Shown piece after piece: positions 17,267-25,979 of a stretch of 32,000 nucleotides of DNA. The stretch is from Wolbachia endosymbiont of Cimex lectularius. GTDB lineage: Bacteria; Pseudomonadota; Alphaproteobacteria; Rickettsiales; Anaplasmataceae. The position numbers and the translations under genes are program-made. The DNA is taken from the NCBI RefSeq assembly GCF_000829315.1, contig NZ_AP013028.1, positions 990,001 to 1,022,000 on the forward strand, written 5' to 3'. Below the pieces are notes generated by a model, which was given only the letters and a program-made list of their open reading frames with translations, searched no databases and was not told where the DNA came from. Position 1 is the stretch's first letter; the number at the start of each line of letters is the position of its first letter.

Positions 17267-20200
17267 TAAGTAAAAGATCACTATTATTGATACTGTACCT
17301 TGCAATCACTGGCTGTAACATGGATTGTGTCGAGCCTGGACTGCAAAGCAGAAATACTAGTGTTAATGTGAATGTTCCAGCTCGTAAAGCTGATAAGGGA
17401 GTTAAAATTCATTGGGTTGATTCTGGTCAAGTAATCAGTAAAGATGAGAAAATCAAATTTACCCTTGGTGGGTCATTAAATTTTTGCTTCCCTAAAGAAG
17501 GCAAGAATCCAAGAAAAGTACTTGTTCCTGCCGTATTTTGTCCTGATGGTTCAATACCAATTTATAGTAAAGCTGCAAATATTAACGATGTGTCCAATAA
17601 TTACGGCGTTGACGAAAAAGGCGTGAGTGGAAACGAACTGTGTGGTGGTAGAGGGTTTGGCAGCAATAGACGTTATGTAGACACTGGAATTAAAGTGAAT
17701 CCTGGTGATAAGTTAAACTTTAGCTTGGTTCCCAGAGAGATACCAATTGATTATGATAATCCAGAAGGAAAAGGCATCAGCTTTGATGACAATTGTTATA
17801 AAACTGGAAAAGAAGATGACAAAGACAGAACTACAATAAAAGAAATGCTCAATGGAGGAACGTTCTTTTGTGGAAGCAATGGCAAAAGGACTGCAGTAGA
17901 ATTTCCTAATTTTAACAAGGAGAACATGGAAAAAAGAAAAGTGCTAGTTGGTAATGGCTACACTCCATATGATAATAAAGTGCATTTTAATAAAAATTTC
18001 ATTAAGGGCGACGAACCATGGATAAATGGTGCGCTGTTAGATTTGCAACGAGCAAGAGTAGGACTGAATGAATTATGTAACAGAAAAAACTGCGATTTTA
18101 ACAAGGTAAAAGGGTATAGCTCTACTAAAATAGGGTTGGAGCAACTATGCGACGGAAAAAACTGTAATCTTAACGAGATAAAAAAGTATAGCTCTTATGA
18201 GCTTAATTGTTACTACCAGAATATATGTTACACCAAAGAAGGTATATTCAATAATGGTTTGCATAAAAAAGGAAACCGGAACTGTGTCTCTTCTATAAGG
18301 TATGAGAAGTATGATAAAAAAAATAAAGAAAATAAAAAAGAGTATAAGTGCGACATGTACTCTCACCTTAAAGAAGTTGAAGATAGGCTCAAGGAAATTA
18401 AAGAAAATAAAGGTAGCACTGGTTTTACATCAACCGGCGAAGAAGACATCGAAAATATCTTATGGGCCGAAGCTCTTGTTGCAAAAATTGGTAATTTTGA
18501 CCCTACAAAGAATCGTAGGTTTGATAGGGAGAATGGTGGCGCTAAGGGTGCTCAATGTCTTCCAAAAGAAAAGGGTGCAGGTAAAAATGGTAATCAAGAG
18601 TATAAGTGTTCAAAAACCAGTAACGATTTTGAAGATTTTTCTTTAAGGTTGAATTATAATTATGAAGTAAACGGAGGTGTACCGCCTGGTAGTGATGTAA
18701 TGCTTGCCATAGCAAGTAATGGCAGTTACCCTCTTCATAGAGGCGGGTACCATGTTGAAGTAACCAGATCATGTGAATACATTAATGGCCAAAAACTGTA
18801 TATGTATTTAGGTAATGAACCACCTAAAGATTTGAGTGGCGTGGGAACTAATGATTTCAAAAAAGTAGAGGAGTTGTATCAAAGAACAGAAGATAATGTA
18901 AACTATTATATAATAAATGGAAATCATTTAACAGATAAAGAATCTGAGAAGATACATTTCGGTATCGATGTAAGTAACGTAGAAAAAGAAGATATTACAG
19001 ACGAAAAAGGCAAATATTATGAAAACAATGAGTATAATATAACCTTGTTTGTCAAAAAAAAGATTAACGATTTCGTTTCATCAAATGTAAACAAGGTATT
19101 TGACTTTATAAAAAAAGAAGTAATTGGGGATAGCGTCAAAGATTTATACAAAGGGTATGCTAAAGGTCTTCTTCAAGGGGTAAGAGCTTTACTTACCCTA
19201 TATATTATATTTACTGTTGTTGGCTATATGCTTGGAATGATACAGCTAAGTAAATTTGACTTTATTGTAAGGATGATGAAGATAGCATTTATAGCTTTTG
19301 CCTTTAGCGATAATAGCTGGAAATTCTTTGGTACAACTTTATCCAAATTTTTTATGGATGGTAGCACTCATTTAGTAGATAGTTTCTCTGGTTATATAGG
19401 AGAAGGAGGTAAAAGATTTGCGTTCTTAGATTTAACAGCAGGAATATTACTCACAGGAGAAACATGGTTGAAGTTTTTATCGTTGATATTCGCTGGTCCT
19501 TTTGGTTTTATCGCTTTTTTGATAATACTTCATGCTAGTTTTATGTTCTTAAAATGTATTATTAGCGCTACATTTAGATATGTGATATCTACTGTCCTAG
19601 TAGTGTTTTTGCTGTCATTAACACCTTTATTTATCGTGTTTATCTTATTTCAACAGACTAAGTCCCTGTTTGATAACTGGATAAAGACACTTGCTCATGT
19701 TGCAGTACAGCCGATGATTTTATTTTCATCTTTATCAATTTTGAATCAATTGATGTATTCAGTTTTGTATAACCTCACAAATTTCTCTGCATGCTATCAA
19801 TGTTTAATTAGTATAAATTTCTTGTCCTATGATTTCTGTCTTATGAAATCTATACTGCCTCTTGGATATAGTCCTGGCATTAGTGTTGATGTTGCATTAA
19901 GTGATGGAACGAAAACTGGTGGGCACTTTGCAGCATTACCTATAGACCTAATCCAGGCAATTATATACTTCATTATTGCCAAAGCAATGGAAGTTTTTGT
20001 TTCCGCATCAGAAACTATGGCACAAGCAATATTTAGTGCTGGTTTTGGGATTGCTGGCAGTGTTGGTGGTGTTGCTAACAGCGCATCACAAGCTATTCTG
20101 TCAACTGTTGGACTTGACGATGCAACTCAAGGAAATAAGGAGAGAGGAATTGAAGGCATGATACCACATGTCAAAAGAATGACGAGTCAGCAAGATCGAA

Positions 20201-20397
20201 CACAAATTGAATATAAGTTGCCTAAGACGCTAAAGCAAGCAGACGAAAATGAAACTTTTGATGGAACAAGGGGATCTGAAATTAAAGGTAAGGAAGAAAA
20301 AGATCGAAAGGTGGCATTGCCTGAAACGCTAAAGCAACCAGAAGAGGAAGAAAAGCTTGGAGCTGAAGACAAGAAAGAAGGAAGGGGAAATGAGTGA
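17263..20397 (+). CDS. virB6: Extended VirB6/TrbL-family T4SS channel protein, paralog 3
   Basis: 1044 aa. ATGA start/stop overlap with paralog 2. Lipobox-type signal MISKRSLLLILYLAITGC. TM block with the motif KSLFDNWIKTLAHVAVQPMILF. Charged C-terminal tail. Confidence 0.85.
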   Translation: MISKRSLLLILYLAITGCNMDCVEPGLQSRNTSVNVNVPARKADKGVKIHWVDSGQVISKDEKIKFTLGGSLNFCFPKEGKNPRKVLVPAVFCPDGSIPIYSKAANINDVSNNYGVDEKGVSGNELCGGRGFGSNRRYVDTGIKVNPGDKLNFSLVPREIPIDYDNPEGKGISFDDNCYKTGKEDDKDRTTIKEMLNGGTFFCGSNGKRTAVEFPNFNKENMEKRKVLVGNGYTPYDNKVHFNKNFIKGDEPWINGALLDLQRARVGLNELCNRKNCDFNKVKGYSSTKIGLEQLCDGKNCNLNEIKKYSSYELNCYYQNICYTKEGIFNNGLHKKGNRNCVSSIRYEKYDKKNKENKKEYKCDMYSHLKEVEDRLKEIKENKGSTGFTSTGEEDIENILWAEALVAKIGNFDPTKNRRFDRENGGAKGAQCLPKEKGAGKNGNQEYKCSKTSNDFEDFSLRLNYNYEVNGGVPPGSDVMLAIASNGSYPLHRGGYHVEVTRSCEYINGQKLYMYLGNEPPKDLSGVGTNDFKKVEELYQRTEDNVNYYIINGNHLTDKESEKIHFGIDVSNVEKEDITDEKGKYYENNEYNITLFVKKKINDFVSSNVNKVFDFIKKEVIGDSVKDLYKGYAKGLLQGVRALLTLYIIFTVVGYMLGMIQLSKFDFIVRMMKIAFIAFAFSDNSWKFFGTTLSKFFMDGSTHLVDSFSGYIGEGGKRFAFLDLTAGILLTGETWLKFLSLIFAGPFGFIAFLIILHASFMFLKCIISATFRYVISTVLVVFLLSLTPLFIVFILFQQTKSLFDNWIKTLAHVAVQPMILFSSLSILNQLMYSVLYNLTNFSACYQCLISINFLSYDFCLMKSILPLGYSPGISVDVALSDGTKTGGHFAALPIDLIQAIIYFIIAKAMEVFVSASETMAQAIFSAGFGIAGSVGGVANSASQAILSTVGLDDATQGNKERGIEGMIPHVKRMTSQQDRTQIEYKLPKTLKQADENETFDGTRGSEIKGKEEKDRKVALPETLKQPEEEEKLGAEDKKEGRGNE
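18061..18204 (+). repeat. Intragenic tandem duplication, 2 x 72 bp (24 aa), in virB6 paralog 3
   Basis: GLNELCNRKNCDFNKVKGYSSTKI (18061-18132) is followed directly by GLEQLCDGKNCNLNEIKKYSSYEL (18133-18204). Both Cys positions are conserved. Confidence 0.8.
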
Positions 20398-20468
20398 TAT
20401 CATGGAGTAACTAATTAAAAAGATATTTTAAGTAAAGTTTTATTTCTATATTTGGAAAAAATTTAGAT

Positions 20469-23400
20469 ATGCAGTTACGCTTAGGCACATTTTGGTTTAG
20501 GTTACTACTTCTTGCAGCTTATGTGCTGATAACAGGTTGTAATAAGAACGATATGCCTTTTCCAAGGTGCATATCTGCTGATTATTTTGGCCCTGAACCT
20601 ATTACAGTTGGTGCTCATTTTCCAATCGGTCATGATGCGTTTTTTCCAGAAGGTGAAAGTGGAGAACCTATTGATCCTGAGACCGACGAAATCAATTATG
20701 GTTTTCACCCTAACCAAGTGGTGAAGTGGAAGGATACCGGATTCGAAACCAATGGAGATGATTTAATAGTACGAGTTAATGGTGCATGGACATCTTGGAG
20801 TAATGATAATAAGAAAGAATCTAAAGGCAGTTACAGTTTGCAAAGCTTGGAGCAGCTGAAATATGCAACCAAATTCGAAGGCAAACAAGGCGATAATAGC
20901 TTGCCTGACTTTCACTTGGTTTGCAATGATTATAAATCTAGTATGCAAAAATTTTCAAGTAGTTCTAGTACAAGTTGTACTGTAAACTGTAAGCGCATTA
21001 ATGAGGATGATGGCAAAAGCATAGTGTCACGTGGTGTTCCATGTTGGTTTACTAATGGTCATGGCGCTTACCTTCTGTTTAAAAAGCCGGGTGATAACAA
21101 CCCTAACGAAAGTTTGAAATCCATGCGCAATCCTCAATCTCACACTATACATCTAGGTTATAACTCTGTAGCAGAAAATGGAAGCGGGCTTTTTACTTTG
21201 AAAAAAGGCGAGAAAAAGTTAAAGGACAGAAATTGTAAACTACTGGAGTTAGAAAAGGGATGGAAAATATATGTAAAAATATTAGACAGATATTACTTAG
21301 ACAATGTAGGCGGCTACTCTTTTGAATTTTTGAGCGGAGTGCAGCAACCAAGTAGTTTTGGGTTTTTTGATTACGTTTATCACTACCTAAAGAGTGTATT
21401 GTTGATCAATAAAAACAGTGAAGGTGAACCTGCAGCCGCACAGGCTATGTTTCAGAATATAGCTGAAAAGAGTACAAGTTTTCATAATTTTGTTCTTTCC
21501 TTGCTTGTTCTATTTATAGTGATTTCATCGCTCCTTTACCTTTTTGGTATGATAAGAGAAACTAAGCATGATATGCTCGTCAGGATGATGAAAATCACTT
21601 TAGTAATAGTGCTTATATCTCCTGGAAGTTTTAAGTTTTTCTACGATCATTTCCTTACTTTGTTTGTTGAAGGACTTGAATATATGATAAATGTAATTAC
21701 TAGCTTTGCTCCTAATATGAATACAGATGCTAATTGGGACCCTGTCAAAGCTGGTGGGGACGCCCGTGTTAAATTGTTCAGCTTTATGGAGGACATGTTC
21801 AACAAGTTTTTTGCTTACTCTGTTTGGAAAAAGTTTGCAGCGTTTTTGCATTACCAAATGTGGGCAAGCATACTTATGATACCAGCAATTTTCATAGGGA
21901 TCGTTTTATATTTCCTGCTGTGTGTATATGCTTACATAATATTCCTTTCCGGTTTCGTGGGTATAGCTTTTCTTATAGCCATAATGCCACTGTTTCTAAT
22001 TTCTATCTTATTTTCACCGCTGAAAAGTCTATTTGAAGGTTGGATAAAATTCTGTATTAGTTTCTGTTTACAATCGATTATGATATTTGCCCTATTATCA
22101 TTGCTGGCTGCAATTATAATGAATACCTTTTATAGGCAGCTAGGTTTCACTGTATGCTACAATAAATGGTTTGAAATAAGATTGTGTGCTCCAAAATGGA
22201 TGTTTGGCGGTTTTTGTATCATTGATAAACAGTACTTTGGTTGGACTCCAGGACAAATTTTTGTACCTTACACTATCGGAGAGGCTTCCCCATTAAACGT
22301 AGACAAAAGCATAGAGGGCATAGAAAAACTAAGCAGAGCAGGTGGTACAATAAAATTCACTGGCGGTGCTGGATATATTCCTCTTCCACCGGATTACATT
22401 GGAAAAGGTTTCCGTTATATAGACTATCCCTTCTTTAACCCAGTTCCTGGTACTAAAGAAAATCCAGCAGACCATTATATAGCAGAAAGCGACATAGTGG
22501 TTAGTGGTAGTTGTAGTAAAAATGAGAAAAATCTAGTACACTTAACAAACAGTTTATCCCATGCATCAGAAAAGGCTGACATCTTATCGTTAATAGATAG
22601 TATAAACAATAAGATAGGTGGTGATGATATTAATAAAATAGTAGAACACCACTGTCAAGATATAAACAAGTGCAGCAGTTACAGGGAAATAATAAATAAA
22701 ATAAGGGTTTTAGTGCAGAATATAATTAAGCGAAGTGTAAACTGCGAATTAAAGAATTTTCATGATGTAAATAAAAAGGAATATCAAGAAAATAGCGACT
22801 ACCAAAGGGTGCAAGACATACAGAGAGGTTATTTAATCAATGCGGGGGAAATCTTTGTATTATTCTTGCTTTCATTTTTAATGTTCTCCTTACGCGAGTT
22901 CGTACAACAAATGGGCTCAAGTATCGCTGGTGGTGGATTCAGCGTTTATAGTATATCTAAGATGTATGAAGCATCGCCTTTAGTTCGAATAATGGAAGGA
23001 TTAAAACGGTCTTATTGGCAAGATACAATTGGTGGAAGACTAGAGTCTTTAGGCAGTTGGGCTACTCATTTACCGGATAGATTAGCCGGAGGTACGGCTA
23101 ATCTACTGGGCAGGATACCACGAGTTGGAGGTGTGTTGAAATACGCTATTGATGTGCCACGTAAATTTGTAGGTGCTACTATCGAAGCAACAAAATTTGC
23201 AACATCGCCTGAAAATGACGTTGATAAACTTGAGGAAAAAATTTACAAGGCGTTTGGAGTTGACAAGGAAGATATTACGCATAGAAGAATTGGTAGATAT
23301 TTAGATTATTACAAAGGATATGTGGGGTCACATTTGGGCTATACAATAAAAGACGCTATGAAGTTTACTTGGGAACATAGTGTTGATTCTATAGGAAAGC

Positions 23401-23660
23401 ATAGCTATAATCATAACTTACTCTATAGAGCAAAATCGCATAGGCGAGAATTCTTGGACAAACTTCATGATTACACCATAGGGCGCAAAAGAAAGCCAGA
23501 GAGATATAAGGATGAAGGTAATAGTAGTCAACCAAGTGCGCCATCACCAAGGCCTAGTGAGCCAAATTCGAAGAAATCAGATGAGTTTTTGGGGGATTCA
23601 TTAAAAAGAAGTGTACCGGGTGAGCCAAGAGAAGGGAATGAGGATAGCGATGGAGACTAG
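20469..23660 (+). CDS. virB6: Extended VirB6/TrbL-family T4SS channel protein, paralog 4
   Basis: 1063 aa. Lipobox-type signal ..LLLLAAYVLITGC. TM block with the motif KSLFEGWIKFCISFCLQSIMIF. A long C-terminal extension ends in a Pro/Ser/Glu-rich tail. Confidence 0.85.
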   Translation: MQLRLGTFWFRLLLLAAYVLITGCNKNDMPFPRCISADYFGPEPITVGAHFPIGHDAFFPEGESGEPIDPETDEINYGFHPNQVVKWKDTGFETNGDDLIVRVNGAWTSWSNDNKKESKGSYSLQSLEQLKYATKFEGKQGDNSLPDFHLVCNDYKSSMQKFSSSSSTSCTVNCKRINEDDGKSIVSRGVPCWFTNGHGAYLLFKKPGDNNPNESLKSMRNPQSHTIHLGYNSVAENGSGLFTLKKGEKKLKDRNCKLLELEKGWKIYVKILDRYYLDNVGGYSFEFLSGVQQPSSFGFFDYVYHYLKSVLLINKNSEGEPAAAQAMFQNIAEKSTSFHNFVLSLLVLFIVISSLLYLFGMIRETKHDMLVRMMKITLVIVLISPGSFKFFYDHFLTLFVEGLEYMINVITSFAPNMNTDANWDPVKAGGDARVKLFSFMEDMFNKFFAYSVWKKFAAFLHYQMWASILMIPAIFIGIVLYFLLCVYAYIIFLSGFVGIAFLIAIMPLFLISILFSPLKSLFEGWIKFCISFCLQSIMIFALLSLLAAIIMNTFYRQLGFTVCYNKWFEIRLCAPKWMFGGFCIIDKQYFGWTPGQIFVPYTIGEASPLNVDKSIEGIEKLSRAGGTIKFTGGAGYIPLPPDYIGKGFRYIDYPFFNPVPGTKENPADHYIAESDIVVSGSCSKNEKNLVHLTNSLSHASEKADILSLIDSINNKIGGDDINKIVEHHCQDINKCSSYREIINKIRVLVQNIIKRSVNCELKNFHDVNKKEYQENSDYQRVQDIQRGYLINAGEIFVLFLLSFLMFSLREFVQQMGSSIAGGGFSVYSISKMYEASPLVRIMEGLKRSYWQDTIGGRLESLGSWATHLPDRLAGGTANLLGRIPRVGGVLKYAIDVPRKFVGATIEATKFATSPENDVDKLEEKIYKAFGVDKEDITHRRIGRYLDYYKGYVGSHLGYTIKDAMKFTWEHSVDSIGKHSYNHNLLYRAKSHRREFLDKLHDYTIGRKRKPERYKDEGNSSQPSAPSPRPSEPNSKKSDEFLGDSLKRSVPGEPREGNEDSDGD

Positions 23661-24270
23661 TAAAAAAAATTTCAAAGGTCTTGATTATTATAAACTGCAC
23701 CAGGACAAAGACGGTAGCATAAAGATAAGTGACTACGATGACATTTTAAATGCGCGTAGAGCAAGAGTAGACTTATTGCTGGATAACACTAAGCAGGATG
23801 ATATTAATCTTTCAAAGCTCAATAAGGCTCTTAGTGAGAAACTCGTGGATGATAGAGAATTGTTGTCTGAATTCGACAAGGAAGATCAAGAAATTGCTCA
23901 GGAAGAACTCAAGATGTTTAACATTTTAGACAACCTTGATAATCTTGCAAACATTAAAAGCGAAGATCTACTCGAGGTTAGTTTATTACTATCGGACCTT
24001 AGCTTCATAGAGAGAAATGTTGTACTGAATACCGATCAGAATTCTGATCTAGCAGGGTTTAAAGACTTATTTATCGAAAGAAAGGCATCTGGTGAGGAAT
24101 ATAGTGATGAAGAATGTCAAAGCTTTCTCGATAACATAGATAAAATCAATACTATAATTAAACTAGAGCTAGAAGGTAGGATTGAAGGGCTAAATCATGA
24201 TGAAAAAAATGACCGTGATGATTTACAAGATGAAATTGGTCGTGCAATAGGTACAATCAAAAAAAAGTAG
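23650..24270 (+). CDS. Hypothetical acidic protein, last gene of the virB3-virB6 cluster
   Basis: The ATG at 23650 overlaps the virB6-4 stop (23658-23660); an alternative GTG lies at 23611. The protein is about 206 aa, very Asp/Glu/Leu/Asn-rich, has no signal peptide or TM segment, and ends in a basic tip GTIKKK. No family was recognised. Confidence 0.6.
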   Translation: METSKKNFKGLDYYKLHQDKDGSIKISDYDDILNARRARVDLLLDNTKQDDINLSKLNKALSEKLVDDRELLSEFDKEDQEIAQEELKMFNILDNLDNLANIKSEDLLEVSLLLSDLSFIERNVVLNTDQNSDLAGFKDLFIERKASGEEYSDEECQSFLDNIDKINTIIKLELEGRIEGLNHDEKNDRDDLQDEIGRAIGTIKKK

Positions 24271-24306
24271 TCGACTGATTTTGTGTCTACAACTTTTTCC
24301 TGATGC

Positions 24307-24843
24307 CAATGGTAAATTAAAAAGTTTCCCTACGGTCAGATTAGCGAATTTATTATGTATCTTGTTTGATAACGAAAGTCGGTATAACCTTTATGCTTAA
24401 GAAATTCATTAAATAGAAAAAAAGCAAAAGAAACCCTAGTCGGTATTTATTTTTAGTATTGGCGTTTTTATGCCTTAAACGCTGCAATTTAGCTGCTTTT
24501 AAACACAACTAGTCTAAGCTATAATATTTAAGAAATTTACCAGACAGGAAAAAAAGACAATAAAAACCCCGAGGTAGCTAGTTATTTCACTCTCTATTTT
24601 AAAATCCGGCGTTGGGTGATGTCTTAAACGACTTATAAGCGCGTTTCAGCTTGTATGGGCAAAAACCCGAAGTTTTAAAAAGACATGCAGTGCACATAGT
24701 GCGAAAAATTAAACAATAGTACGCCAAATACAAGTTTTCTTGTCATTTTAACCTGTACAGATTGGGAAGTTAAACAAATAGCTTCACTACTATGATAAAA
24801 GGAATGGCGAAGGTTGTCAAGTAGTTTTTTTCGTCTCTATTGA
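24307..24843 (+). repeat. Type-B modular repeat, copy B3 (left arm of the ~540-bp inverted pair)
   Basis: It is the reverse complement of 29123-29673 along its whole length. The core at about 24530-24780 differs at only a handful of positions by eye. It contains one short and one full type-B unit. Confidence 0.9.
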
Positions 24844-24984
24844 GTAACGGCCGGATCAAATTGCAATGTTCATGCAGTTATACGCTTGACACTAGAACCT
24901 ATGGGGACTACTTTGATGGTATGGCAGGCTATAAACAAAGCTGTTAATTCTGCACAAAAATGTGTATGATAATTACAATAATAT

Positions 24985-25776
24985 ATGGAAAATATGGACA
25001 TAACTATACATTCACAGGAAGACTTTGAATTTATGCGAAAAGCTGGCCGGTTAGCAGCTGAAACTCTTGATTTCATTGCACCGCACGTAGAAGTAGGAGT
25101 AACAACTAATGAGTTAAACGATTTATGTCATGACTTTATAATCAAAGCAGGCGCAATTCCAGCACCATTGAACTATAGAGGGTATCCCAAATCGATTTGT
25201 ACTTCAAAAAATGCTGTTGTGTGTCACGGCATTCCTGATGATAAGCCGCTTAAGGATGGAGATATTGTAAATATCGATGTCACGGTAATTTTAAATGGCT
25301 GGCATGGCGACACAAGTCGTATGTTTTGGGCTGGTAAGCCGTCAATAAAAGCAAAACGCTTGTGTGATGCTACTTATGGCGCATTGATGGAAGCGATAAA
25401 GCAAGTTAAACCTGGTAATAAATTAAATGAAATTGGGCTTGCTATAGAGAAATATATTGAAGATTTTGGCTATTCTATCGTACGTAACTATTGTGGACAT
25501 GGTATAGGAAAAGTCTTTCATGCTCCGCCAAATGTGGTGCATTTTTATGATAAAGATGAAGATCTTGTCTTAAAGGAAGGCATGTTTTTTACAATAGAAC
25601 CAATGATCAACGCTGGAAAACATGAAACTCTGCTCAGCAAGCTAGATGGCTGGACAGTAACAACACGTGACCTTTCACTTTCTGCGCAGTTTGAGCATAC
25701 GCTTGGGGTAACAAAAAATGGTGTTGAAGTATTCACATTGTCGCCTAAGAATTGGCATTTCCCGCCTTATAACTAG
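24985..25776 (+). CDS. map: Methionine aminopeptidase, type I
   Basis: 263 aa. MetAP-I motifs are VCHGIP, DIVNIDVT, GWHGDT, CGHGIG, FTIEPM and FEHT (metal ligand positions). Confidence 0.95.
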   Translation: MENMDITIHSQEDFEFMRKAGRLAAETLDFIAPHVEVGVTTNELNDLCHDFIIKAGAIPAPLNYRGYPKSICTSKNAVVCHGIPDDKPLKDGDIVNIDVTVILNGWHGDTSRMFWAGKPSIKAKRLCDATYGALMEAIKQVKPGNKLNEIGLAIEKYIEDFGYSIVRNYCGHGIGKVFHAPPNVVHFYDKDEDLVLKEGMFFTIEPMINAGKHETLLSKLDGWTVTTRDLSLSAQFEHTLGVTKNGVEVFTLSPKNWHFPPYN

Positions 25777-25794
25777 ATTCTTTAAACTCAATGT

Positions 25795-25927
25795 ACTTGG
25801 CGTACTGTACAGTTCCATGAATGGGACTGGAGGTATTTGTCAAGTAGTTTTTTTGTTTCTATTGGATGACGTTATAACTTTTTTCCACTTTCGTCTGTCC
25901 GCTTTCTTTGTAGTGGAGTTGGTATAA
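25795..25927 (+). repeat. Type-B repeat, partial copy B5 (3-prime module only)
   Basis: 25837-25927 (ttgtcaagtagtttttttgtttctattggatgacgttataacttttttccact..gtagtgg) matches 6154-6245. It includes the ttccact..agtgga(a/g) hairpin. Confidence 0.8.
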
Positions 25928-25945
25928 CTCCACTTGCTACGCAAC

Positions 25946-25968
25946 AAAAGCACAGCTAGGGGCTTTTT
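25946..25968. terminator. Possible bidirectional terminator hairpin between convergent genes
   Basis: aaaagc (25946-25951) pairs with gctttt (25962-25967). The hairpin is flanked by an A-run on one side and a T-run on the other. The stem is short and AU-rich, so this call is weak. Confidence 0.3.
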
Positions 25969-25979
25969 AGATAAGATGC

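Noticed and set aside
18316-18323. Long homopolymers inside intact CDSs (A8 at 18316-18323 in virB6-3, a T9 run at 29813-29821 in the oxidoreductase gene) as programmed slippage sites
   Set aside because: The reading frames are intact across them and they simply encode Lys runs in an AT-rich genome. No evidence of frameshifting is visible in the sequence.
24814-24843. The conserved ttgtca box of type-B repeats as an outward-facing sigma70 promoter (ttgtca-N18-tattga facing map)
   Set aside because: The -10-like hexamer is not conserved between copies: B1 has no plausible -10 at 17-19 nt and B5 has tattgg. Copy orientations relative to neighbouring genes are also inconsistent. It is kept only as a weak sub-hypothesis to test with TSS mapping.
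24271-24984. Search for tRNA/tmRNA/other classical RNA genes in the larger intergenic regions (also 5224-6309, 6745-7934, 25777-25979, 27631-27887, 29003-29692)
   Set aside because: No cloverleaf-compatible sequence with a GTTCGA/T-loop-like box or acceptor-stem complementarity was found by eye. These regions are accounted for by repeats and promoters. A tRNAscan/Infernal run would be the definitive check.
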